From assembly GCA_963674695.2 (NCBI GenBank), contig CAXXGI010000001.1, forward strand, positions 32,001 through 96,000: a stretch of 64,000 nt of DNA, in the 5' to 3' direction. Positions 51,766 through 61,572 of this stretch are shown here, one piece after another. Within the stretch, counting starts at the first letter, position 1. Each line of letters starts with the position of its first letter. The notes under the pieces are model-generated. The model was not told the origin of the DNA, did no database searches, and was given only the letters and a program-made list of their open reading frames with translations. A program made the translations under genes and the position numbers. This stretch comes from a bacterium. GTDB lineage: Bacteria > UBA10199 > 2-02-FULL-44-16 > JAAZCA01.

Positions 51766-52698
51766 TCATTCTTGTGTCAGCACCTGGCGATCGCCCGCGC
51801 GAAGGGTCGACCGAATGACCGCGCGCATCAACTTGCTGCGATTGGCGCGTCCCAAGAGGGTGGAGAGCTCGCTATAGACGGTCGGATCGTTGATGAGGCG
51901 CCCAACAGTCCCCTCGCCGCGCCGAACCTTTCCGAGAATAACCTGAAGATCGGCGCTGGCGCGACGCATATTGCCGATGAGCCCCCCGATCTGCCCCTTC
52001 TGTTTACTATCGACGTCGGTGACGATATCGCTGACCGAATCCATCGTCTTGGACAGGCTCGCGATGATGCGCTCCCCCTTCGGATCGTAGATGAGGGCGT
52101 GGGCGAGTCCTTTCCCCTTTTCGACCTGCTCGACGGTCTTACGAATGGAGACCATCGTCGCCTTCAGATCGCCGGTGCCCTCCTCCCCCTTGAACGAGTC
52201 GAGCGTCTTACGAACAACCTCGGCCGCCTCGCCGATGTCGTCCATGATCTTGCCCGCCTTGTCCGCAAGGGCAAAGATGGAGGTCGTCTCTTTCGACTGA
52301 ATGGTCGCATCATCGGCGAGGATCGGTTCGTTCTCACTCCCGATGGATATATAGACGAACTTATCCCCCAGAAGCCCCTGCGTCTCGATGGTGGCGACGC
52401 TGTCGCTCCGAATGCGATCTTCGAATTCCCTGCGCAAGCGCAGCACGACGATGAGCTCCTTCTTGTTCAAATCTTTGGACATGTGGATATCGTCCACATA
52501 CCCCGCCTTGAGACCGGCCAACTGCACCGACGCCCCCGCACGCAGGCCGGAGATATCGTCATAGTGGGCATAGAGCGTATACTGCCGATCGAAAAAGCGA
52601 TGTTCGCTGCTGATCATAAAGACGACGACCATCGCGAGCACCAGACCGATGCAGACGAACACCCCGACCTTGAATTCCGTCATTCCTATACGTTGCAT
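51766..52698 (-). CDS. mlaD: MCE/MlaD family protein
   Basis: EFKVGVFV TM; GLRAGASV.LAG...G.V and I.TQGLLGDKFV; helical extension. Confidence 0.9.
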   Translation of the reverse strand: MQRIGMTEFKVGVFVCIGLVLAMVVVFMISSEHRFFDRQYTLYAHYDDISGLRAGASVQLAGLKAGYVDDIHMSKDLNKKELIVVLRLRREFEDRIRSDSVATIETQGLLGDKFVYISIGSENEPILADDATIQSKETTSIFALADKAGKIMDDIGEAAEVVRKTLDSFKGEEGTGDLKATMVSIRKTVEQVEKGKGLAHALIYDPKGERIIASLSKTMDSVSDIVTDVDSKQKGQIGGLIGNMRRASADLQVILGKVRRGEGTVGRLINDPTVYSELSTLLGRANRSKLMRAVIRSTLRAGDRQVLTQE

Positions 52699-53507
52699 AT
52701 GGGTCTCCCGTTCTCACCCTCTTCCGGCGAAGGCTCCTCCGATGCGTTCAGATCATCATCGTCCTCCGACTCCATCTTGCCCTGAATAAAGTTCTGCACG
52801 AGGGGATCCTTCGATGCGCGCGCCTCCTCATTCGTACCCACAAACCCGAAGTGCCGGTCTGCCAGAAGGGCGAGTCGATCGCTGATCGAAAAAGCCGCCT
52901 CCATATCGTGCGTCACCACAACCGACGTGACCCCGAGCTTTTCCTGCAGCTTTTTGATCAGCCGACAGATACGATGCGTATTTGATGGGTCAAGCCCCGT
53001 GGTCGGCTCATCATAGAGAATGACGTCCGGATCGGTCGCGATCGCGCGCGCCAGCCCCACGCGTTTCTTCATCCCCCCCGAGAGATCGGCGGGCATCATC
53101 TCCTCGACCCCCTTGAGCCCGACGAGTTCCAGCTTTTTCGCCACAATGTGCGTAAGCTCCTCCTCGGAATAGTGAAAGTGCTCGCGCAGCGGGTAGGCGA
53201 TGTTCTCCGCAACGGTAAGCGAATCGAAGAGCGCCGACCCCTGGAAGAGCATGCCGATGTGACTGCGCATTCGCCGCAACGCCTTTTCCTTCATCGTGCC
53301 GACATCCGCTCCTTGGAAGACAACCTCGCCCTCATCCGGGCGCAGCACCCCCAGCACGAGCTTCAAGAAGACGCTCTTGCCTTTGCCCGACCCCCCGATG
53401 ATCGTGAGCGTCTCCCCCTTTGCGATGGAGATATTCACATCATCGAGGATGTGGTGTTCCCCGAAGGACTTGCTCACGTCTTTGAATGCGATGATCGGTT
53501 GATTCAT
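52686..53507 (-). CDS. mlaF: MlaF/Mkl ABC ATPase
   Basis: GGSGKGKS, FQGSALFDSLTV, LSGGMKKRVGLARA and YDEPTTGLDP. Confidence 0.93.
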   Translation of the reverse strand: MNQPIIAFKDVSKSFGEHHILDDVNISIAKGETLTIIGGSGKGKSVFLKLVLGVLRPDEGEVVFQGADVGTMKEKALRRMRSHIGMLFQGSALFDSLTVAENIAYPLREHFHYSEEELTHIVAKKLELVGLKGVEEMMPADLSGGMKKRVGLARAIATDPDVILYDEPTTGLDPSNTHRICRLIKKLQEKLGVTSVVVTHDMEAAFSISDRLALLADRHFGFVGTNEEARASKDPLVQNFIQGKMESEDDDDLNASEEPSPEEGENGRPICNV

Positions 53508-53509
53508 AA

Positions 53510-53553
53510 TGGTTCAATCGTTCGTCGGTTCGATGGTTCGATGGTTCGATGGT
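53510..53553. repeat. 8-mer tandem repeat (TTCGATGG)-like
   Basis: Reverse complement of the unit at 42762-42796; lies between mlaE and mlaF. Confidence 0.8.
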
Positions 53554-53584
53554 AATGCTTCTTTTCTACGCTCTACCCTATCCG

Positions 53585-54403
53585 CTAGACGTAAATGATC
53601 AGCTTCGTCAGGAAGAAGTCGGCGATGAAGATCGTCACGGCGGAATAGACCACGGCTTTTGTCGTGGCCTCCCCAACGCCCTCCGTCCCGCCACGCGTTT
53701 GAAGCCCTTGATAGCAGGAGATGACGCCAACAAAGAAGCCAAAGAAGACCGCCTTCTCGATGCCGCTGGTAAAATCATTGATAATGAGTGAACCGCGCAA
53801 CTGGTCGATATAGAAATGCGGCGTAACCCCCACCTCCATGACGCTGATAATCATACCCCCGAACGCGCCGATGACATCGGCCATGACCGTGAGGATCGGG
53901 GTAGCGATCACCGTGGCCAACACCCGCGGAACGACGAGCTTCTGAATCGGATTGGCCCCCATCGCCTCGATCGCCAGCACCTGATCGGTGACGACCATGG
54001 AACCCAACTCAGCCGCGATGCCACTGCCCACGCGAGAGGCGACCATGAGCGCGGTGAGCACCGGCCCCAGCTCCCGAAAGATGGCCAACCCCACGAGCTG
54101 ACCCACATAGAGCTGAAGGCCGAAGCGCTTGAGGCCCACCACCAACTGCAAGGCCATCACGAGCCCCGTGAAGAAGGCGATGAGCGCGACGATCATGAAG
54201 GAACGATTACCAATGGAGAAGAATTGGTTAAAGAATTCACCAACGGCGAGACGATGCGTAAAGAAGACGCGAATCGCCCTCCCGGCGAGCAGCGCCGTGC
54301 CCCCGACCACATCGACGGCGGCGGTAATCCCCTTCCCGATGGTCGAGAAGAACACGACACAGCGCCCGGGACAACCGGCGATGGTGGGTTCCAAGCTACT
54401 CAT
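53585..54403 (-). CDS. mlaE: MlaE ABC permease
   Basis: RELGPVLTALMVASRVGS.IAAELGSM, LV.PRV and GG.EGVG.ATT.AVV. Confidence 0.93.
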   Translation of the reverse strand: MSSLEPTIAGCPGRCVVFFSTIGKGITAAVDVVGGTALLAGRAIRVFFTHRLAVGEFFNQFFSIGNRSFMIVALIAFFTGLVMALQLVVGLKRFGLQLYVGQLVGLAIFRELGPVLTALMVASRVGSGIAAELGSMVVTDQVLAIEAMGANPIQKLVVPRVLATVIATPILTVMADVIGAFGGMIISVMEVGVTPHFYIDQLRGSLIINDFTSGIEKAVFFGFFVGVISCYQGLQTRGGTEGVGEATTKAVVYSAVTIFIADFFLTKLIIYV

Positions 54404-54935
54404 AGCGAAATCCGTCAACGAAGAGGTCGAAGTCCTCTTCGACCAGCTCGCGCACCTGGCGCGGCATGATCGCGTAGAGATCGAAGACGCAGTTGTCCTT
54501 GCGCACGATGACGAGATTCAAGTGAACCTCCACGCCATCCATCGTCCCTTCGACGAGCTGGCGCAGCGCCCCGCGGCCAGCGAGCATGAACTGGTGCTCG
54601 CTGGTGACCGTGCGATTATCGAGCGCCGAGATGATCTGCCCGCCCAGGGAATCGAGCGAGGCATCCGGAACCGAATCGCCGCAGAAGGCATCGGTGGCAA
54701 TCGATGCCTTGAGCTCTTCGTTATAGAAGATGATCGCGCGGGCCTTGGTGCGCAGCTGTTTCCACCCCTGCGGCAGCTCGCCCACGCGATAGAAGCGATC
54801 CGGATGCAGGGCGATATAGACCTTGCCCTGCCGATAGGAGATAACCCCTCGAAATGGTTGAGGTCCAAAGATGCATCCGGGCAAAAATACCAGAAATGAC
54901 ACCAACAGAATGAGCTGAAAGGCTTTCCCCCGCAT
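54396..54935 (-). CDS. Hypothetical lipoprotein upstream of mlaE
   Basis: Lipobox LPGC; overlaps the mlaE start. Confidence 0.75.
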   Translation of the reverse strand: MRGKAFQLILLVSFLVFLPGCIFGPQPFRGVISYRQGKVYIALHPDRFYRVGELPQGWKQLRTKARAIIFYNEELKASIATDAFCGDSVPDASLDSLGGQIISALDNRTVTSEHQFMLAGRGALRQLVEGTMDGVEVHLNLVIVRKDNCVFDLYAIMPRQVRELVEEDFDLFVDGFRYE

Positions 54936-55034
54936 GGGCAGGACTATAGCGATAATCTTCACTGTTGACAAGGACTTAGCACGCATGCCAGTCACAGCGA
55001 GACTGGCCTGACGAGCCTGACTGGCCTTCGCCCT

Positions 55035-55718
55035 ATGACCTCCATTGCCTCACATCTTGAAGCCGTCCGCCGCCGCATCGACGCCGCCGCAAAGCGCGCC
55101 GGCCGAGATCCGGCGGAGATCACGCTCGTGGCGGTTTCGAAGCGTAAACCGACCGCGATGATTCACGCCGCCTTCGAGGCCGGTCAACGCACCTTCGGAG
55201 AGAACTACGCCCAGGAGCTGCGTGATAAGGCGGCAGAGCTCGCCGACCTCCCGATCCGTTGGCACTTCATCGGCAACCTCCAGAAAAATAAGGCAAAATA
55301 TGTCGCGCCCGCTGCGGCCATGATGGAGACGATCGATTCCGAGGAACTGGCCATCGCCATGGCATCGCGCGCACCGGAAAAACTCGACTGCCTCATCGAG
55401 GTCAATATCGGCGACGAACAGAACAAAGCGGGTGTAGCCCCGGAAGCGGTCCCGGAATTGGCACGCGCCATCCTGCACCTGTCCCAGCTCAACCTGCGGG
55501 GGCTGATGGTCATCCCCCCCTACGGTGAGGCACCGGAGAAGAGTCGCCCTTATTTCCGTCGCCTGCGCGAACTGCTGACGGAACTCAACGCCCAGCTCGC
55601 CCTCGACACACCGCTCGACGCGCTCTCCATGGGCATGAGCGACGACTTCGAAGTGGCCATCGAAGAGGGTGCGACGATCGTGCGGGTGGGAACAGCCATC
55701 TTCGGAGAACGCACATGA
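55035..55718 (+). CDS. yggS: PLP homeostasis protein YggS
   Basis: LVAVSK, FGENYAQE, WHFIGNLQKNK, LSMGMSDD and GAT.VRVG.AIFG. Confidence 0.96.
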   Translation: MTSIASHLEAVRRRIDAAAKRAGRDPAEITLVAVSKRKPTAMIHAAFEAGQRTFGENYAQELRDKAAELADLPIRWHFIGNLQKNKAKYVAPAAAMMETIDSEELAIAMASRAPEKLDCLIEVNIGDEQNKAGVAPEAVPELARAILHLSQLNLRGLMVIPPYGEAPEKSRPYFRRLRELLTELNAQLALDTPLDALSMGMSDDFEVAIEEGATIVRVGTAIFGERT

Positions 55719-58700
55719 TCAAGATCACCGAATACTTCATCCGACGGCCGCGGGTGGCCAACCTGATCCTCGCGCTCATCGTCCTGGCCGGAATCCTCTC
55801 GGCGCTCTCGCTGCGCCGACAGGCCGACCCCACCATCGCATTCGACATCATGAAGATCACCACGGAATACCCCGGGGCCAGCCCCGAGGACGTGGAGGTC
55901 AACGTCACCGACCCGCTCGAGGATGAGCTGGCCGAGGTCGAGGACATCGACGAGATGGTGAGCCTGTCGATGGAGAGCCTCTCGGTCGTCTTCATCTGGA
56001 TCGACCCGGACGCCGCCGACAACGCGCGCGTCAAACAGGACATCCGCACGGCCGTCGATCGCGTCACGGGCCTGCCGCGCCAGGTGACGGACAAACCCAA
56101 GGTCGACGAGATTCGCTCGACCAGCGCCCCCGTCATGGAGATCGCCATCTCCGGCGACATCAGCGAAGCGAAGCTGCGCCAATACGCCAAGGACCTGGAA
56201 AACGACCTCAAGGGCGCCAAGGGGATCGGGCTGATCGAGAAGATCGGCTACCGCAAACGCGAGGTCCACATCCAGGCGCAGGTGAACAAGCTCGATGACC
56301 GCTACGTCTCGCTCGCTGAGATCATGAACGCCATCGAGGCGCGCAACGTTCGCACCACAGGCGGCAGCCTCGAATCGTATGTCACCGAAAAGAAGATCGT
56401 CACCTTCGCGGAATACGAGGAACCGCTGGAGGTCGCCGACGTCATCATCCGTTCGACCTTCACGGGCGAGCGCGTGCGCATCAAGGACGTCGCGCGCGTC
56501 ATCGAGGGGTTCGAGGAACACGACATCATCCCGCGCGCGGGGGGACGCGACTGCATCGCGCTCTCCATCCGCTCGCAGGCCACCGCCGACATCATCACCC
56601 TCTCCAAAGAGGTGCAGAAGATCTTGAGCCGCTTCAGCCAAGGGCTGCCGGACACGGTCACCGCGAAGATCATCTACGACAAGTCGGACTACACGCGCAG
56701 CCTCCTGAAGATGGTCAAGTATAACGGGCTCATCGGTTTCGCCCTGGTGCTGGCCGTGATGCTCTTCTTCCTCGATCGCACCTCCGCCTTCTGGACCGCG
56801 ATGGGGCTGCCCATCGCCATCTGCGGCGCGCTGATCTTCTTCCCCCTCTTCGACCTGACGCTCAACATGGTCACGCTCTCGGCGATGATCCTCGTGCTGG
56901 GCATGCTCGTCGACGACGCCATCGTCATCTCCGAGAACATCTATCGCTATAAGGAGAAAGGGCTCGGCGCGGTCGAGGCCACGATCGAGGGCGTCCAAAA
57001 CGTCTTCTGGCCGGTCACCGCCTCGGTACTCACGACCATCCTGGCGTTCCTGCCGATGCTCTTCATGACAGGACTCACAGGGAAATTCATCGTGGGCATC
57101 CCGATCGTCGTACTCTTGATGCTCGGTTTTTCGCTCCTGGAATCGACCTCGTTTCTGCCGGGACACGTCTGCCACGCCACGCCGCCGAAGACCGCACCGC
57201 GCCGCACGCGGTGGGTGGCAACGCTCGCTGAATTTTATCGGCGCAGGCTCACCTGGTGTCTGGCCAATCGCAAGAAGGTGCTCGGCGTCTACCTGCTGAT
57301 CTTCATCGCCGTGCTCGGCGCTTCGCACCTCTGGCTCAAGCTCGTCCTCTTCCCGCAGAACGATCCGGACATCCTCAACATCATCGTCGAAACGCCGCAG
57401 GGCATGCCGCTCATGCAGACCAAGGCCAAGATCCCCGAGGTGGAGGCCGTGGTCGAAGCCATCGTCCCCGCCGAAGCGATGCAGAGCTACACCACCCGCA
57501 TCGGCCACCACGACGCCGACGCCTACGGCGGCACCGCGGGCAACTACGACAACTGGGCGCTGATCACGATCTATCTCAAACCCGCGGAGGAACGAACCGC
57601 CGTCGCGGAGACGATCGTGGAACAGATCGGTCAACGGCTGAAGACGCTCGATGGCTTTCAGAAACTCTACATCGAACCGCTCAGCGATGGGCCGCCGATG
57701 GGCAAACCCGTGACCATCCACTACACCTCCGACGACGATGCCCTGCGAAAGGCGTTCGAGGAAAAGACGACGGCGTTTCTGGAAACCGTCGATGGCGTCT
57801 ATGCGGTAGAGAGTTCGAACATCCCGGGCAAAGATGAGCTACGTCTCGTGCTCGACTATGACCAGATGGCACGGCTCGGGCTCACCGCACTCGATGTCGC
57901 CAAGACCGTGCGTGCGGCCTTCGATGGCGAAATCGTCACCTCCATCCGCACGAGCGGCGAGGAGATCGACTTCCGCGTGATGCTCGCCGACCGCAAAAAG
58001 TACCGCGAGGAGCAGGTGCTCGAACTCGAGATCTCCAACAAGACGAGCAAACTCATCCCCCTGAAGAATTTTGCGCACCTGAAAGAGACGCGTGGACCGG
58101 CGGTGCTGCGCCACTACGACGGACGGCGCTCGGTCCGCGTGACCGCCGAAGTCGACACGAACACAATCACCTCGCATGAGGTCAACCAATTGGTCGAAGC
58201 GAAGTTCATGCCCGAGGCGATGCAACACGCCGGCTTCAAGATGGAACTCGGAGGAGAGGAGAAGAAGACGCAGGAGAGCATGGCGAGCTTCTACTTCGCG
58301 CTGATGGTCGCACTGATGGCCATCTACTTCCTGCTGGTGGTGTTGTTCGACTCCTACCTGCAGCCGATCCTCATCATGTCGGCGATCCCCTTTGCGCTCA
58401 TCGGCGTCTTCATCACGTTCATGATCCACGGCCTCCCTCTGGGTTTCATCGCGCTGATCGGAATCCTGGGGCTGTTCGGCGTGGTCATCAACGCCTCGAT
58501 CGTGATGGTGAGCACGCTCGACGAATGGTGCGAGCGCGACGGCATGAGTTTTGCCGCCATCGCCGAGGCCGCAAAACTCCGTTTCCGACCGGTGTTGCTC
58601 ACCACCATCACGACGGTGGCGGGACTGCTCCCCACCGCCTATGGCATCGGGGGCGACCTCCCCTTCATCCGGCCGATGGTACTGGCGCTGGCCTGGGGGC

Positions 58701-58774
58701 TCGTCTTCGGCACGGTCATCAGCCTGGTGCTCATCCCGCTGCTCTATGCCATGATGGGGAGGGTGAAGGCGTAG
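55715..58774 (+). CDS. RND efflux transporter permease (AcrB/CzcA-like)
   Basis: YPGASPEDVE..VT.PLE, GMLVDDAIVISEN and RFRPVLLTT; two-fold repeated TM architecture. Confidence 0.92.
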   Translation: MIKITEYFIRRPRVANLILALIVLAGILSALSLRRQADPTIAFDIMKITTEYPGASPEDVEVNVTDPLEDELAEVEDIDEMVSLSMESLSVVFIWIDPDAADNARVKQDIRTAVDRVTGLPRQVTDKPKVDEIRSTSAPVMEIAISGDISEAKLRQYAKDLENDLKGAKGIGLIEKIGYRKREVHIQAQVNKLDDRYVSLAEIMNAIEARNVRTTGGSLESYVTEKKIVTFAEYEEPLEVADVIIRSTFTGERVRIKDVARVIEGFEEHDIIPRAGGRDCIALSIRSQATADIITLSKEVQKILSRFSQGLPDTVTAKIIYDKSDYTRSLLKMVKYNGLIGFALVLAVMLFFLDRTSAFWTAMGLPIAICGALIFFPLFDLTLNMVTLSAMILVLGMLVDDAIVISENIYRYKEKGLGAVEATIEGVQNVFWPVTASVLTTILAFLPMLFMTGLTGKFIVGIPIVVLLMLGFSLLESTSFLPGHVCHATPPKTAPRRTRWVATLAEFYRRRLTWCLANRKKVLGVYLLIFIAVLGASHLWLKLVLFPQNDPDILNIIVETPQGMPLMQTKAKIPEVEAVVEAIVPAEAMQSYTTRIGHHDADAYGGTAGNYDNWALITIYLKPAEERTAVAETIVEQIGQRLKTLDGFQKLYIEPLSDGPPMGKPVTIHYTSDDDALRKAFEEKTTAFLETVDGVYAVESSNIPGKDELRLVLDYDQMARLGLTALDVAKTVRAAFDGEIVTSIRTSGEEIDFRVMLADRKKYREEQVLELEISNKTSKLIPLKNFAHLKETRGPAVLRHYDGRRSVRVTAEVDTNTITSHEVNQLVEAKFMPEAMQHAGFKMELGGEEKKTQESMASFYFALMVALMAIYFLLVVLFDSYLQPILIMSAIPFALIGVFITFMIHGLPLGFIALIGILGLFGVVINASIVMVSTLDEWCERDGMSFAAIAEAAKLRFRPVLLTTITTVAGLLPTAYGIGGDLPFIRPMVLALAWGLVFGTVISLVLIPLLYAMMGRVKA

Positions 58775-58806
58775 CACCTTGAAGGGTGAGGAGCGAAGGG
58801 CGAAGG

Positions 58807-59190
58807 GTGAAAAAAGTGGGAAAGAAGAATCGACAGAACGCGCACAAGCGTAACGCCCAGAAGGAGGGGTGCTCCTGTCCGGAGTGCATCGACTGTTGTC
58901 AGCGCGACCCGGGCTGGTTTCTGCCCGACGAAATTCCCATTGCGGCGGCTTTCATGAACCTTGCCGAAGCGGAGTTCGTCGAACAGTTCTGTCAGGAACA
59001 CCGCGACGACAACGTGATCGTGCTGGCACCGAAGCAGAAACCCGGCACGACCGAATGCATCTTCCTCGACCGCGATGGCATGTGCCAGATCCATGCGGTC
59101 AAACCCCACGAATGCCGCAAGGTCTTCGGGTGTGGCCCCGAAGCCCGCCATCGCCGCATCCGCGAGATCATCCGCAGACAGTGGAAATAG
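58807..59190 (+). CDS. YkgJ family Cys-cluster (CxxCxxCC) protein
   Basis: CPECIDCC and CIFL...G.C.IH..KP..CR. Start uncertain; upstream heptamer repeat (GAAGGGY) at 58781-58810. Confidence 0.8.
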   Translation: MKKVGKKNRQNAHKRNAQKEGCSCPECIDCCQRDPGWFLPDEIPIAAAFMNLAEAEFVEQFCQEHRDDNVIVLAPKQKPGTTECIFLDRDGMCQIHAVKPHECRKVFGCGPEARHRRIREIIRRQWK

Positions 59191-59357
59191 ACACACCCCC
59201 CGGGGGGCCGTTCCATTATTGATATTGCAATAAAGGAACGGCGTTCGTTCCAGATCCATTTCTGACGTGCAAATGCGGGGCAATCCTTTACAGCCATTAT
59301 GCGACTTGCTAGAGATATCTCCCGCTTCGGGGGAAGCGACACCCATAGGGAGGCACC

Positions 59358-61376
59358 ATGGCTAAGGGAGACGCGCCGAAGATTCAACCACGAACGACAG
59401 CCCCCAATCCGCTCCAATCAACCCCTGAACCAGTGCTCGAAGATTTTTCCTGCATGTCGATCGACCCGGCGCAACTGTCCTATTATGAAGATGCGGCCGC
59501 GCAGATGACCAGCCCGGCCTTTATCAACCACTGGTGTTTTGACGCCGAACCGGAGGAGGAGATTATTCCACAGCGCAGCGATATCCCCGAAGAACTCAAA
59601 TGGAATCTCGCCGACATCTACCCCACCGATGCCGCGTGGGAAAAAGCATACAAGGCGATCAAGGCGCGCGTCGATGCGTTTAGCACCGAATGGAAGGAAG
59701 CCGCCACGGCATCTGGCCAGAAACTCTTCGAGGCGATGGAAAACTATTACGACCTCAAAAAAGAGGTCATCCGCATCGAATACTATGGTCACCTCCGCTC
59801 CGACGAGGACACGCGTGTGTCGGACGCCACCACGATGAAGATGAAGGGCACGCAATTGATGACGACCTTCAATGCGAACACCGCCTTCCTGCGCCCGGCC
59901 ATCCTCTCCCTTGATGCCGAAACGATCGCGGGCTACCAGCGCGAGGAACCGCGTCTGGCGAAATATGAGACCTATCTGCGCCGCGTATTGGAAGAGCGCA
60001 CCCACACCCTCTCGATGAAAGAGGAAAAGCTCCTGGCCGATCGCAATCTCATCACGAACGGCGCCTTCCAGGCCTATCAATCGCTCTGCTACGCCGACAT
60101 GAAACACCCGAAGGCGACGCTCTCCGACGGAAGCACCGTCGAGGTCACGATCCCCAACTACGTCAAACTGCGCAGCTCGACCAATCGCACCGATCGCGTC
60201 GCCACCTTCCAGGCCTTCTGGAAGAACTATGGAAACTTCAAAAATACCTTCGCCAGCATGCTCAACACGCACGTCCAGGCGCGCACCAAGACGGCGACGG
60301 AGCGCACATATGGCAGCGCCCTGGAGATGGCCTTCGACAAGACGGATGTCGATCCCAAGGCCTACGATGCCCTCATCGCCGGCGTCCATGAGGGACTGCC
60401 CGCGCTGCATCGCTATCTCAAGCTGCGCAAAAAACTCCTGGGGCTCGAAACGCTCGGGTATGAAGACCTCTATGCGCCGCTGGCCAAGAGCGAGAAGACC
60501 TATACCATCGAAGAGGGCAAGCAGCTCTTCCTCGACTCACTCGCACCGCTGGGCGAGAACTACGTCACCCAGATTGAAAAGGCCTTCGATGAACGCTGGG
60601 CCGACTTCATGCCCTCGGAGGGAAAATATCCCAGCGGCTACATGGCCGGCGAGGTCTATGACGCGCACCCCTATGTCATGCTCAACTGGAACGGCAGCGT
60701 CGACAGCGTCTCGACCATGGCGCATGAATTCGGCCATGCCATGCACTCCTGGTATACCAACACGACGCAGCCATTCGCCTATGCCGACTACAAAATCTTT
60801 GTCGCCGAAGTCCCCTCGACGACGAATGAGATCCTGCTCGCCTATCACATGATCGATCAAACCGACGATCCGAAGGAAAAGCTCTATATGTATGGGCAGG
60901 TCCTGGAGAGCTTGCGCACGACGGTCTTTCGCCAGACCCAGTTCGCTGAGTTCGAAGGCAAGATCTACGACTCCGTCCAGAAGGGCGAACCGCTCACCGC
61001 GGATCTGCTGGGCGCCACCTATGGCGACCTCCTGAAGGAGTATTACGGCGCCGACAAGGGCATCACCGATATCGACGACACCTATAACGTCGAATGGACA
61101 TTGATCCATCACTTCTTCAAGGACTTCTACGTCTACAACTACGCCACCTCGTTCGTCGCGGGGCTGGCGATCGCCAAGAAGATGCGCGAAGGCGACACCG
61201 CCGCACGCGACCGGTTCATCGAGGCGCTCAAACTCGGCGAATCCAAGGACCCGGTCGACATCCTCAAGGTGGCCGGCATCGACATGACCACGACCGAGCC
61301 CTACAAGGCCGCCTGGCAGGAGATGAACTACATCCTCGGAGAATGCGAAAAACTCGCGGCGGAGATCGAGAACTAG
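59358..61376 (+). CDS. pepF: Oligoendopeptidase F (M3B) with N-terminal extension
   Basis: RSDIPEELKWNLADIY, HPYVMLN, AHEFGHAMHS, FVAEVPST.NE, FRQTQFAEFE and FYVYNYATS. Confidence 0.92.
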   Translation: MAKGDAPKIQPRTTAPNPLQSTPEPVLEDFSCMSIDPAQLSYYEDAAAQMTSPAFINHWCFDAEPEEEIIPQRSDIPEELKWNLADIYPTDAAWEKAYKAIKARVDAFSTEWKEAATASGQKLFEAMENYYDLKKEVIRIEYYGHLRSDEDTRVSDATTMKMKGTQLMTTFNANTAFLRPAILSLDAETIAGYQREEPRLAKYETYLRRVLEERTHTLSMKEEKLLADRNLITNGAFQAYQSLCYADMKHPKATLSDGSTVEVTIPNYVKLRSSTNRTDRVATFQAFWKNYGNFKNTFASMLNTHVQARTKTATERTYGSALEMAFDKTDVDPKAYDALIAGVHEGLPALHRYLKLRKKLLGLETLGYEDLYAPLAKSEKTYTIEEGKQLFLDSLAPLGENYVTQIEKAFDERWADFMPSEGKYPSGYMAGEVYDAHPYVMLNWNGSVDSVSTMAHEFGHAMHSWYTNTTQPFAYADYKIFVAEVPSTTNEILLAYHMIDQTDDPKEKLYMYGQVLESLRTTVFRQTQFAEFEGKIYDSVQKGEPLTADLLGATYGDLLKEYYGADKGITDIDDTYNVEWTLIHHFFKDFYVYNYATSFVAGLAIAKKMREGDTAARDRFIEALKLGESKDPVDILKVAGIDMTTTEPYKAAWQEMNYILGECEKLAAEIEN

Positions 61377-61384
61377 CTGGCGGT

Positions 61385-61453
61385 GTCATCCCCGCGAAAG
61401 CGGGGATCTCGATGTGTCGTAACAAGCGAGATTCCCGCGTTCGCGGGAATGAC
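61385..61453. repeat. REP/dRS3-like palindromic element
   Basis: GTCATCCCCGCGAAAGCGGGGATCTCG...GAGATTCCCGCGTTCGCGGGAATGAC. Confidence 0.88.
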
Positions 61454-61572
61454 AGCACAAAAAACCTCGACCACAAAACAAAACGCCGCTGCACCACGAG
61501 AGCGGCCCGCTTGACTTCTCTCACCGGTCACATAGGCTGCGACGCCGTCACCCCCTCCCAAGGATTCGCCTG

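Noticed and set aside
59310-59345. Possible fifth sigma28-like promoter before pepF
   Set aside because: Neither AACTTT nor GCCGATAA is adequately matched, and the spacing is off.
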